Shown here piece by piece: positions 1 through 11,489 of a DNA stretch of 64,000 bases. How positions within the stretch are numbered: the first letter of the stretch is position 1; each line of letters starts with the position of its first letter. The notes beneath the pieces are model-generated. The model was not told the DNA's origin and ran no database searches. It was given only the letters and a program-made list of their open reading frames with translations. The stretch comes from Podarcis tiliguerta (lineage: Eukaryota). The position numbers and the translations under genes are program-made. The stretch is from the NCBI GenBank assembly GCA_965153285.1, contig OZ229110.1. One strand, written 5' to 3'.

Positions 1-1192
1 AACAGGCTGGAATGATCAAATACACCCTGGTGGCTTTTTCTATTGCACATTCATTGCAAAAGGGAGTGCTATTTTTTTTTACACACCTAAAAGGTTATTA
101 TCCTTTCAGATGCCAAGTCCTGTGAAGTCCTCCCACGACAAATGTTCTGTTATTAATCAAGTTTGGCAATGCTGCAATATGTCTCTCCTAATAATTTCAA
201 TGGATTGGACTTTCAGTCATTTATGTAATGTTTAAGTATCCAACAGTGCAATCCTATGCATGCCTAATCAACTGCCATTGATTTCAGTGGGACTTATTGA
301 CAGGTAGTTGCATACAGAACTGCAGCCTATATTTTATAGGCTTTATTTACTGGAAGCTAACATGATGGAAACTAGTAAGGACCATTAAAATTAATGGGTG
401 GTATTTAACAACATTTTACCCATAGCTGCTAAAATTAATAAACACATTATTTATTTTTATTAATTATAATAATATCTATATCACACCTTTCCAACAGAGT
501 GTTGCTTAAGGTGGCTAAAAAAACTGGAAACTAAAACAGATTAAAATACTCTGTGAAAAGCACACACCAAGGAGATAAGCAGCACTCATGAAACAAAGAA
601 GAGCACAAGGCACAGGTACAAGCAGCAGAAAGATTTGCAAAGTTCACCTGCTTGTACAAAAAGAAAAGAATTGGTGTTGGGTGAATCAATACCTTGGCTT
701 TTTCCGAAACAGACAGACCCAGATTAGTAAAAGAGCTAGCATAACTAAGAACCATTTTCAATAGGTCTACTCTGAGTTGAAGTACCACCCAATGGGTCCT
801 ACACAGAGTAGAGCCATTGAAATTGACATCAATATGCCTTGCCTATTCATTTTAATGGGTCTACTCTGAGTTGAAGACATGGCCTATTTCCAGAATCTCA
901 GTCATATTCCAATCATATGCATGCTTATTCAGAAGTAAGTTCCAATGTATCTGCTTGTATCCACATTCACTCCTTATGTCCAGGGTTGCAGCCTAAAGTA
1001 TTAGCTCTTTGTATTTAGCTATTCCTTAACATTTCTAACCAGCTTTCCAATCAAGAGGATTCCTAGTGGCTTTCAGACAAACTGAAAACTGTAAAGCTAA
1101 AATACATACAAATAAAAATGAAATGTTATACTCAGTGATTGAATTCAAATTCAACAACATTAAAATAAATTATAATGAAAGAATACAGATAT

Positions 1193-1315
1193 TAGGGTTG
1201 CCATATTTCAAAAAGTGAAAATCTGGACACAAATGTTGTTGAGCATTTTTTGGCCAAGTTGTTGATGGCCAAATCCCAGCAATGTCTGGGAAATTCCAGA
1301 TGTATGGCAACCCTA
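1193..1315. mobile_element. hAT-type MITE (TAGGGTTGCCA TIR), internally deleted copy
   Basis: TIRs TAGGGTTGCCATA…TATGGCAACCCTA; same family as 16003-16274. Confidence 0.8.
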
Positions 1316-2249
1316 TCATAGATTACTTTCAGTAACAAAATCTATTTCACATTATTTTATCACTGAGGCCAGAGTGGGTGGCACTGATTATAAATTTCCC
1401 ATGCTTTGTCCATATTTCCCCCCCAACTAATTTAAAAACAGTTAAGTCATGAAATATTGAATACTTGCATCATCTTAGCAATGAAAACACCATGGGAGAG
1501 ATATATGAAGAAAAGTGACAAGATAGCAAGAAGCTCATTTTAATGGAAGGGTACTCTCCATTGTACGTTGTATATTTTATTTGACAAATCCTTTTGGATT
1601 TGTGAAGTCAACAGTTATAGTAGTTGTTATGGCCTAAGGATGCAGACCAGGTCAGTGGAGGGGTTCAGTTCATCTCCCATTTGCTATATACACCTAGCAA
1701 AAAGGTACTGATTATTGTTAGGAGTTCAGCCTACACTCGAGTAGGACCCAGTAGGACACAGGAACACAAACATCCTGTAACCATCACTTCCCACTCTGTG
1801 GAGTCAAAACATATACCGTCATGTGAAAGACAAAAATCCCATGACTGCAATCATGGAGCAGGAATTCTAACAATTATGTGGGTCCAGGAGGCAATCCCAG
1901 CTTCAAGAGAGAGGGGGCAGTTTCAGGTGCCTTGAAGGAAGTGCTGGAGCAACGGCTCCTTTAGAGCGCCTCTCTGGATCCAGACGATCGCAACAATTAC
2001 TATCCCATCACAAATACCCCCTTCCTAGACAACAACACTTGAGAGGGTGGTGGCTAGCTAACTCCAAGCTCTTGTAGATTAAATGGACTATTTGCTGAGG
2101 GCACAGAAATAACTTCAGTCAGCCTGATGGAGTGTAATCTTCTGGATTCTCCTTGACTTCAAAGCATGCTATTATGTCTGGGAACAAGACACCAGGAGCA
2201 CTGCAGAATGGAGTTCGCTCAGCATTGCTGGCAGATGTCATGAAAGTAC

Positions 2250-3069
2250 ACATAAGAACATAAGAAGAGCCTGCTGGAGCAGGCCAATGGCCCATCCAGT
2301 CCAGCTTCAAGTTCTCACAGTGACCAACCAGATGCCTGTGGGAAACCAGCAAGCAGGATTCCAGTACAAGAGCACTCTTCCCTCCTTTGGTTTCCGGCAA
2401 CTAGTAGTTGGAGGAAACGCTGCCTTCAACAGCGGAGGCACAGCAAACCCATCATGGCTGGTAGCTATCAATAGTCCTCCCCTTTTGAGAATTTGTTCAA
2501 TCCTCTTTTAAAGTCATTTAGTTTGGTGGCCATCGCTACCTCCTGGGGGAACAAGTTCTATTGTTTAACTATGTGCTGGGTAAGGAATACCGTATTTTTT
2601 GCTCTATAAGACTCACTCCCCCCCCCCCCTAAAATGTAAGGGGAAATATGTGCGCGTCTTATGGAGCGAATGCAGGCTGTGCCTTCACTGCCTTTGTTGC
2701 CTTCACTGCGCAGCAATCCCTCTTGTTGTTCTGGCTTCTGAGGTTCAGAATATTTTTTTTCTTGTTTTCCTCCTCCAAAAACTAGGTGGGTCTTATGGTC
2801 TGGTGCGTCTTATAGAGCGAAAAATATGGCGCTTTATTTTGTCTCTCATAAACCTTTGAATATTTAGTTTCATTGGGTGTCCACAACTTCTAGTGTTATG
2901 AGACAGTGAGAAATTATGCTATGCATAATTTCATAAATTTCCATCATGTCACCTCTTACCTTTTCTCTAAAATTTAAAGTTCTTCATAGGGGACTCGCTC
3001 TATCATAGCCATAATCTTGGTTGCCTTTTTCTGAACCGTTTCCAACTCTACAATAACCTTTTAAAGGTG
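2250..3069 (-). mobile_element. CR1 LINE 3' fragment, interrupted by a MITE
   Basis: Minus strand ends in (TTCTTATG)n octamer repeats (ACATAAGAACATAAGAA on +). Degenerate CR1 ORF2 C-terminus (…QEVAMATKLNDFKRGLNKF…) on the minus strand. Right boundary approximate. Confidence 0.8.
2590..2829. mobile_element. Tc2/pogo-like (Tc1/mariner superfamily) MITE nested in CR1
   Basis: About 27-bp TIRs CCGTATTTTTTGCTCTATAAGACTCAC / GTGCGTCTTATAGAGCGAAAAATATGG. TA lies on the left flank; the right TA is mutated. Confidence 0.8.
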
Positions 3070-5208
3070 AAAATATGTTGGAATGTGAGTTCTTTCGACA
3101 ATTGGCCATGTGTCAGAAGAGTTGCTTTAGATTTCATTACGTGGGATTCATGCACACCCACAGTAATTTTTCTGGGGTGGTAGCAGAATTTATACAGGTA
3201 GAGCAAATTAAACCATTAATTTCTCTCACAAAAAAATTGAGAAGAATGTCTGTACATTTTCTCTCATATCTCAGGTTCTACAAATGTTAGAAACTTCTTA
3301 CACATTTTAAAATGAAAGCTGGGACTGGGGAGGCTATGGTTCTGATGAAAGAGCAACATCCCACCTCCACCCCATCCTCTGAAGATGGCCATGGCGGGCT
3401 CCATGTTTGTATGCATAATATGGCCACACTGAGCAATGACTTTCCCCCATTAGGTTAGGAAAATGGTAGCTTCAGGTCATTTGCCAGTGAAGATGAGATG
3501 GGTACACCGGGCATGAAAACTGCCTAACAATCAGGAGCATGAAAAATGCTAAATAATATATATGGATAGAAATCTGGCAGCCCCAGCTTTCCCTTTGCCA
3601 AGAACACTGCAAGGTCTTACTTGAAATGCAGTACCTGCAATTCAAATATATAAAATTGATAAGGGTTGTAAAAAGATTCAACAAATTCTTGCCAAGAGTG
3701 CCAATAAATATTGGATGTATCATGAAGCATCCATCCCGTTGCTAAAGTTTACTCATTAGATTCTGAAGAAAGTTTGTCCCTCTCTATTTTTTTTTTTAAG
3801 TTGATCCAGCCATATTGTGTATTTGCAATTGGCTTCAAGGTTAATGTGAATGAAGATAACTGAATTGCTAAATACTGCCTGGAGTGCACTTACTGGGGAT
3901 GGAGGCATTGAAAGAGTGTTAGTGGAAGAACAGGAAAATCTTTCCATATACATGGGAAAACCCCTTCCATCTGCCACTGTCATATGAAGTTGGTGATGGT
4001 ATATTATACATTCAAAATTTGAAGTTCTTAAATTGTTTCCCCAATTCCTGCTCTGAGGCCTTCTGTTGATCGACCTGACATTGTGAGCATTGTTGCCCAA
4101 GATATGTTATGGAAATTAGACACACAGAGGTTCTTGTGTTGTTGTGCCGCATTTCACAGCATTGTTGTTTTTCTCCCAGTTGGAATCCCACTGTGGATTG
4201 CTGTTAGAAATACAAAATCCATCCATACAAGAACATTCATCCTCAGAAGAAAAAGAAAACACCAGCCAATCTGTTCACCCACTATTCAGAAAGCCATTTG
4301 GATGCACAAGCAAAATAGTTGTCTCTGGAATTTGAGAAGAATGTGATGATTTAGTTGTCATACAGCTGGTAATGAAATCTACTTCCTTCTGGCTCTCCAG
4401 GGGTGGCAACAATTGCTTGAATATTGATGTGTGCCTTTTGACTATTAACTAAACAAATTTACTTGTCTGACATCTAAGTACCAGTAAATACAAATATTGT
4501 CTTTTTAATGGGCTTTGATAATGGAGCAGTATTATCTGACACTATGTCTGGATTAAAATACGCACCAAACTTTCTTAGTTGCTATTGTGTCTCTTGAAGG
4601 TTATCTTTGCATGTCTACGTTGAATATTGATGTATACAATGTCCAAAAATTCAATGAGAGAGAGCATTACATGGTGGAAGCAATACGAGAACCCCTGTGG
4701 AAGAAGATCTGAAAGATAACATTTTGGTAATTAGCTCTTAAGAGGAACAATGGAATGCTGGCAGCTCTCCTAGAAGCTAAAATCAAGATTTCATGGTATT
4801 TACAGCTAATTAATTGTACAACAAATGCTATTCAGAGAGATTTGCGGGTGTCTCTTGAATAAACGACTGTGTTTGGAGAGAAAGTCAGAATATTTCATGG
4901 TAAATTAATTTGGGCATTTACAATGCTATTTATCATCACTGCTGCAACTATTGCACTTAATGATAAGTGGGCTTGTGCATTATCCCGACCTTATCAAGTT
5001 GTTTGTACTCATTTCATAGTGATTTACTTTTATGGACTCCATTTTGGCTTCACTGACTAATTGCTTATGTCTCTCTTATTGGAAACTGATGACTCCCTTG
5101 TTCCAACTTTTTTGCTTGCTTCTGTGTTTTGAAATTCATGCTGGTCAGTTGCACCCACTGAATTGACCTCCAGGTCACTTGAGATATGCAGGGCATGTCA
5201 TCCTTAGG

Positions 5209-6187
5209 TTACAGTAACTTCCATCATAGAGCTTCAGTATGCTGATGACAATGTAGTGTGTGTACACTCAGAGGATGACCTCCGAACCATCCTAAATATC
5301 TTTGCAGAAGCTTACGAAAAGCTTGGCCTATCACTCAGCATCCAAAAAACCAAAGTGCTGCACCAACAAGTACAAAATAATCCCTTTGCAGCACCACACA
5401 TCCAACTCAATGCTGTAACGTTGGAAAATGTCGATCACTTCTCCTACCTAGGCAGTTATCTTTCCACAAGGACCAACATTGATGCCGAAATCCAGCATCG
5501 CCTGAGCTCTGCAGGTGCAGCTTTCTTCCGATTGAAGTGCAGTGTGTTTGAGGAATGGGACATTTGCAGGGAAACCAAAATGCTTGTTTACAAAGCTATT
5601 GTACTACCAACCTTACAATATGCTATGGACCACTTATAAACACCATCTCCAACTCCTCGAAAGATTCCACCAATGTTGTCTCCGAAAATTTTTTACACAT
5701 CACTTGGGAAGACAGGTGAACTAATATCAGTGTACTGGAAGAAGCGATGATTCTTCAACATCAACTTCGTTGGACTGGTCATGTTGTGCGGATGCCTGAT
5801 GATTGTCTTCCAAAGCAACTATTCTATTCCGAACTTAAAAATGGAAAGCATAATGCTGGTGGTCAACAAAAGAGATTTAAAGACTGTCTCAAGGCAAATC
5901 TAAAAAAATGTAGCATAAACACTGACAACTGGGAAACACTGGCCTGCGAGTGCTCCAGTTGGAGAACAGCCTTTACCAAAGGTGTCATGGGCTTTGAAGA
6001 CACTCGAACTCAGGTCGCAAGGGAGAAACATGCTAGGAGGAAGGCAAATCCACACCATGATCAACTCCTGCCCGGAAGGACATGTGGATCCAGAATTGGC
6101 CTCCACAGTCACTTACGGACTCATTGTTAAAACCGTGTTTATGGAAGACAATCTTACTCGGCCACAAGTGATTGCCAAAGAAGAAGA
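5209..6187 (+). mobile_element. 5'-truncated, frameshifted RTE-clade LINE (different family from BovB)
   Basis: 11-bp TSD TCATCCTTAGG at 5198-5208 and 6188-6198, with a (GAA)n tail. Translation gives ELQYADD, KTKVL, FSYLGS, QLRWTGHVVRMPDDCLPKQLFY, GGQQKRFKD and a C2H2 remnant CGSRIGLHSHLRTH. Split across ORFs 5256-5639 and 5747-6130. Confidence 0.92.
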
Positions 6188-6599
6188 TCATCCTTAGGCC
6201 TCATTTAACTGTGGCCCCAGTTAATGAAAGAGAAATCACCTATGTGGCATTGCACACGGCTAGCACATTGTTGAAACCAGCATGAAGTGTTAGCAAGCTA
6301 AAGCATGGCCACCACCGCATGTAATTGCCCAGGAGCAAGTTGAAATAAGATGTTGGCTGCATGCAATGCCACATGGCTGTTTGTTTATTGTCTGCCTGGT
6401 GTTGAATTTTTAAACTTCAGTGACCCCATTGCAGGAAAAAAGGTCACATTCTGTGGCAAAGGAAAGGTCTTGTGTGTTATATAATGCCAGAAGTTAAAGA
6501 ATGCTTTCTTATAAACATCTGGCCCAAGGTTTCAGGTTTGGAGGCTGGGGGAGAGCTCCCATGTGTGTTTTTATAAGATATAATATTTCTGTACTGCTT

Positions 6600-7170
6600 A
6601 TATTAAAAGAAATCTCACAAGCAGTTTACCAAAGTAAAAACATATATTGAAACAAGTTAAAGCACAGGAATCACACAACAGATAATCGTGCAGAAGGGTA
6701 CAGTGTCGCGGGACAAGGAAAGTCTGAGCAAACAGGGTTTTTATAAAATGATGAAAGCACCTAACAATCTGTGCCTCCTGAATAACAGGGAAGGGCATCC
6801 TAGAGTATTGGTGCAAGCACAGAAAAGGCCTCCCTTTCTTTACTGCCAGCAGATGACACTCAACGAGTCACAGCACAATCTCTGACAATCTTAATGATCT
6901 ACTGGGAAGACAGTGCATTAAGTAAACTGGCCCTGAGTTGCTCATGGCTTTATAGGTTAACAGCAAGACCTTGAAGATGGCTCAGTAGCTAATACGCAGC
7001 CAGTACAGTTCTTTCAACACAGGCATAATGCTTGCCTCCAACCAAGGTGATGGCTGTTGAATTCTTCACCAGCAGCATCTTCCAGGCCAGTCTTAATAAA
7101 GGTCACTACAGTAATCCAATCAGGTGGTTACCAGTGTTAAAATCACAGTGGCTAAGCTACCCCTATCCAG
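6600..7170 (-). mobile_element. Old L2 LINE 3' fragment
   Basis: Degenerate L2 ORF2-like sequence on the minus strand (…PVLKELYWLRISY…FKVLLLTYKA…). Boundaries approximate. Confidence 0.6.
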
Positions 7171-7239
7171 GGATAAAAGACATGCACTTTGCTTTAGAAT
7201 GAGTTTTTCTAAATTTGTATACACTCTTACTTATAACAG

Positions 7240-7470
7240 AGACCTGATTTGCACTATACATATAAAGCAGTGACATGCCAATTTAAACAGAGCCCCTCAC
7301 AGAGCTACAATGCACAGAGTGATTGTTAAATCACTCTGAGAACTGTAGGTCTGTGAAAAGAATAGGGAGTTTCCTAACAACTCTCAGCACCCTTAACTAA
7401 CTAGGTTCCCAGGATTCTTTGAGAGAAGCCAAACTGTTTAAAGTGGTATAAGAGTGTTTTAAATGTATGT
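7240..7470. mobile_element. Palindromic non-autonomous DNA element (possibly PIF/Harbinger-like)
   Basis: Imperfect inverted arms CATATAAAGCAGTGACATGCCAATTTAAACAG / CTGTTTAAAGTGGTATAAGAGTGTTTTAAATGTATG; related copies at about 20430-20595 and 31529-31703. Confidence 0.55.
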
Positions 7471-8220
7471 TGTCACCACAGGCATCTGCTATGAAAGTGT
7501 CTTGTTCTATGTGGAGGGCAGAAATATGAAACTTGATCTTTAAAATACAAGGCCCCCGAAGTCTGTTTTTAAAGGAAACTCTGCACACTGAATCATAAAC
7601 TCCTCTGGTTCTGTAAACTCAAACAAGAAGTCTCATTAGGATGAGATTAGACATTGCTTTTTCACCTCCTCAGCACAATTGGAGAATGCATTGCTCCTCT
7701 GGCACCATTTAGGGCAGCAGGAACATTCTTAATGATGCTAAAGCTGAGTATCCTACTATTTTATTCTTTAAATAAATCTGGCAATGGATGCACAGAGAAT
7801 TGCTTCCAGTATTACACTTTTTGTTGTTAGGGGCAGGCGCTTCTTTTCTAGCTGCTAAAGACCCCAAAGTGATGCTCCAAAGCATCTAGCTGATGGCTAG
7901 ATTTGTCAGGTAAGACAAATGCCAGCTACTGGCATTGGGTGTCCCCAGAAGGAGCTGTCCTCAACCCTGCTGACACTTGCTTTTCTTTGAATGAATGGTA
8001 CAGGGATCCCAAAGAAAGGGAAGCGTACACGACTCACAGAGCACTTCATCTCTCTCAGTACTGTCCTCGGCTCGCACATTCTTCCCTGTGTCAGTTGTCT
8101 TTGCCTCCAGTAGTAGGACTAAAATAGTATGTGCATATTCATACAGGTACATGGATTACACACAATTTCCTGACTAATCAAGGGTTTTCAAGATTATGGG
8201 GACATGGAATCATGACACTA

Positions 8221-8421
8221 TAGTGGTACCTTGGGTTACATACGCTTCAGGTTACAGACTCCGCTAACCCAGAAATAGTACCTCGGGTTAAGAACTTTGC
8301 TTCAGGATGAGAACAGAAATCGTGCTGCAGCGGCAGCAGGAGGCCCCATTAGCTAAGGTGGTGCTTCAAGTTAAGAACGGACCTCCGGAACGAATTAAGT
8401 ACATAACCAGAGGTACCACTG
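8221..8421. mobile_element. Tigger/pogo-like MITE, family A copy 1
   Basis: TA-flanked TIRs (C/T)AGTGGTACCT…AGGTACCACTG; near-identical internal sequence in four other copies. Confidence 0.9.
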
Positions 8422-8504
8422 TACCAGCATGTGATGGCTAAAAACAGGTATGAACTTACAAGCAGAAGTAAAGGAAGGCTCAAAGAGCCAGGACAGCCAG
8501 GAAA

Positions 8505-8610
8505 CAACAGCAGGAAGGAAGAGGAGGGGGAGGAGGAAGATGATGATGAAGGAAAAGGCAGTGGAGAGAGAGGGGAGGTAAAAGGTGGGGGGAATGGAGG
8601 AGAAGCAGGC
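8505..8610. repeat. GA-rich low-complexity tract
   Basis: GAGGAG/GATGAT/GGAGAG runs. Confidence 0.8.
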
Positions 8611-10579
8611 AATGACCACAATCAGTTGAGGTGGTGTACTGTGTTGCATTGGCTTTCCGCTCTTGCAGCCATCAAAATGTGGATCACCAAAAACTTGATC
8701 ATATCCCATTTTGCTGCCTGCTTGCTTTTGGGGAGAGATTCCAGGTTCCTTCCCCACAAGTGAGAGGAGAGAGAGCTTGGTATGAATGTTTTCTACTGAG
8801 GGTATTTCTGTATTGTTGTTTTCTTTGTTTGGCAATATTTGTTTAGGTTCTTCCAGGTCATATGGTACAGACATAACGAGCGGATTGTTGGTTAGGGATG
8901 TGAGATTGACTTAAAGGGAGGGGTTGTGGAGTGTTGATAATGTGATTGGAGAGTGTGCTGGAAGAGTATCTTGCCATATAGTGTTTACGTGCGTTGATTA
9001 TGGAAGGGTGTGTTTCAGTTGTGCTAATTGTTGTAATTATTTTCTTTTGTCTAGTTGCAAAAAAAGCCGGTAATTATGTTGTTCTAAATTATGGAGTTGT
9101 GATTGGTATGTTTTGTAGCTGATTTTCACATTCAGTGTTTTATTCTGATGTTTAAGAAGATGCCGTTTTCTGTTTATCGTGATATTCTAAATTGTTTGCC
9201 TTTGTGTGTTATCTTATCATTTGTTACTATGTTTTAAAATACATTGTAAAGCACATTTTATTTTTTAAAGTTAGTAGTATATAAACTGTCTAACTAAATA
9301 GTAAGGGACAGTGCTGTTTGCCACTGTGGGAGGACTGTTGCATTTATGAGAAAGGAACCCACAGATGTGTATAATGTCTGTCTTAGTTGATCAATGCTCA
9401 CCACAAAGAGGGTTCATGGTACTGCAACATTTCTATGTCTGTAATTGCTAGAGCTGAGTCAAAATTCCTCAGAAGACATTTTTCTGAGGTAACTTCTGAG
9501 GGTTGTATCCAAAGCAGCAGCACCAGCAGCGTTCTGCCGTCACAGTGATATTTGTGTTTTCTTTCCTCCCACTGTGCCCCACCCCAAATCTTCTCTGGAG
9601 GGTTCCCTAGTGCTGCAGAGTTGGTCTTCAGACTGAATAGGGGGCTGCAGGAGTGAAGAGAGAAAGGTTCTGTTCTTCCAGTGTGCTAGTATTATTTAGT
9701 TAAAATTGTATACTGCACTATACCCACAGATCTCAGGGCGGTTCACAACATACAACCACAGTGTACGTCCCTTGTTCTAGCAAAACAGGCACACTAGATA
9801 CCATGTGGAGGTTTTCCTTTTCCTCACCCCCTATAAAATAAGACTACATTGCAGAATTTCCCCTACATTGGGGGGGGGGGGGAATCACCATCTCCCCTCC
9901 AGGCACACAATGCCCAGAATGATGCTTTGTGGAGGTTGCAAAATGGATTCAAAAGTTGTTATTGCTATCTTCTGCAGATGTGCTGGGAGAGGAGGGTGGA
10001 ATGGCTGGGAGGGGAGGGTGGAATGGAGAAAGAAGCTGTGTAAGGGTCAGCCCCACTCCAGAGAAACTGTTGGAGAAATTTAATCTTTAAATTTCCTGGA
10101 TAAATTTAATCTTTAAAATTTAATTTTAAAAAATGCAATTAAAAAAAAATCTATCTAAAGCTATCAGTTCCAAAAGCTAGTTCCTAGCAGAGGTGCTAAA
10201 TGTCCTTCCATAAAATAATTTCTGTCATAGCAGCTTTTTCTGGTTTGTATCTTCCCTTATTTCTCTGCCTGCCAAACTATTTGACAGTGTTTTCCTTTCT
10301 TAAACATGGCTGAATGCTCACCTCTGAAAGTAAAGTCTCTATATTATGTGGCAGGGGGTGCAATTTTTCCTGAAGCCCCTTCCCACTGGCATTTGTCATC
10401 CCAGAAATTTGGTTTCCCTTTTTAATAATCACAAAATGTGCTGTGCTTTTTTTATATTTTAAAACAGGTCTTGGTGCCAATTGTGCAGGACTGAGTCACA
10501 ATTTTTTCCCTTTTCTGTGAATTGGCTTTGGTGGGCAGGTTTCCCCCTCTCATTTACTCTTTACTGCACTGTGGGGAAG

Positions 10580-11010
10580 TGTGGTGAGGAAAGGGTCAGA
10601 TGGTTGGTGTGCATAAATAGGTTGATTTGGTAATATTTTGGCAGGTAGGTATGTGGGAAGGAAGGGTTGTAAGATGAGAGGGTTAACACTCTTTTGGCAC
10701 TCTTAGGCTAGCCCCTCTGGCTTGTGCAGCCTGCGGGGCTAGATACAGAATACTTTTGGGGCTACCCAGTGCCACCTACCCAGAGTTATGTGGCCCTGGC
10801 CTGGAGTCAGGAAGGCATCCTAGTCACCTTAACAGAGAGGCTCAAGTTAGGGGGTTATGAGCAAGTCATGCCCTAGTCCTGAGCAAATGGGTCTCATCTA
10901 AGTTTGGTTGAGTGATGGTTGCTCCTGCAATACTGTTGTACCCTCTGCGGAGATCTGGATTGAATAAAACATGGCCTCAATTCAACCCTTCATACTTGTA
11001 CCTTGCCCCT
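10580..11010 (+). mobile_element. LTR-like (possibly DIRS/Ngaro) repeat fragment
   Basis: GC-richer block ending in AATAAAACATGGCCTCAATTC, resembling the motif at 34627. Boundaries approximate. Confidence 0.4.
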
Positions 11011-11134
11011 TTTTTTACCTACTAATATGTTGTCAGTGCAAACATTATGGCATTGTTGTTCAAGCAGTGCTCACTTGGCTCAGTTACAAATTGTCATATT
11101 ACTTCTTTCTCCCTCCTCCTCAATATGTGACATA

Positions 11135-11489
11135 GGTAAAGGTAAAGGGACCCCTGACCATTAGGTCCAGTCGTGACCGACTCTGGGGTTGCGGCGCTCA
11201 TCTCGCTTTATTGGCGGAGGGAGCCGGCGTACAGCTTCTGGGTCATGTGGCCAGCATGACTAAGCCGCTTCTGGCGAACCAGAGCAGCGCACGGAAACGC
11301 CATTTACCTTCCCGCCAGAGTGGTACCTATTTATCTACATGCACTTTGACGTGCTTTCGAACTGCTAGGTTGGCAGGAGCAGGGACCCAGCAACGGGAGC
11401 TCACCCCGTTGCAGGGATTCGAACCGCCGGCCTTCTGATTGGCAAGTCCTAGGCTCTGTGGTTTAACCCACAGCGCCACCTGCATCCCT
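11135..11489 (-). mobile_element. Sauria SINE, full length
   Basis: 13-bp TSD AATATGTGACATA (11122-11134 and 11490-11502). tRNA-like head GGGATGCAGGTGGCGCTGTGGG with an intact B box GGTTCGAATCC, and an (ACCTTT)n tail. Confidence 0.95.

Noticed and set aside
4180-4335. Acceptor-like TTTTTCTCCCAG followed by an open frame
   Set aside because: No donor, no recognisable protein, and no supporting neighbours.
8349-8874. Acidic/Gly-rich and Pro/Ser-rich ORFs
   Set aside because: They arise from the GA-rich low-complexity tract; no splice or homology support.
11400-11489. tRNA-like A and B boxes
   Set aside because: SINE head rather than a tRNA gene; it continues into the Sauria SINE body with TSDs.
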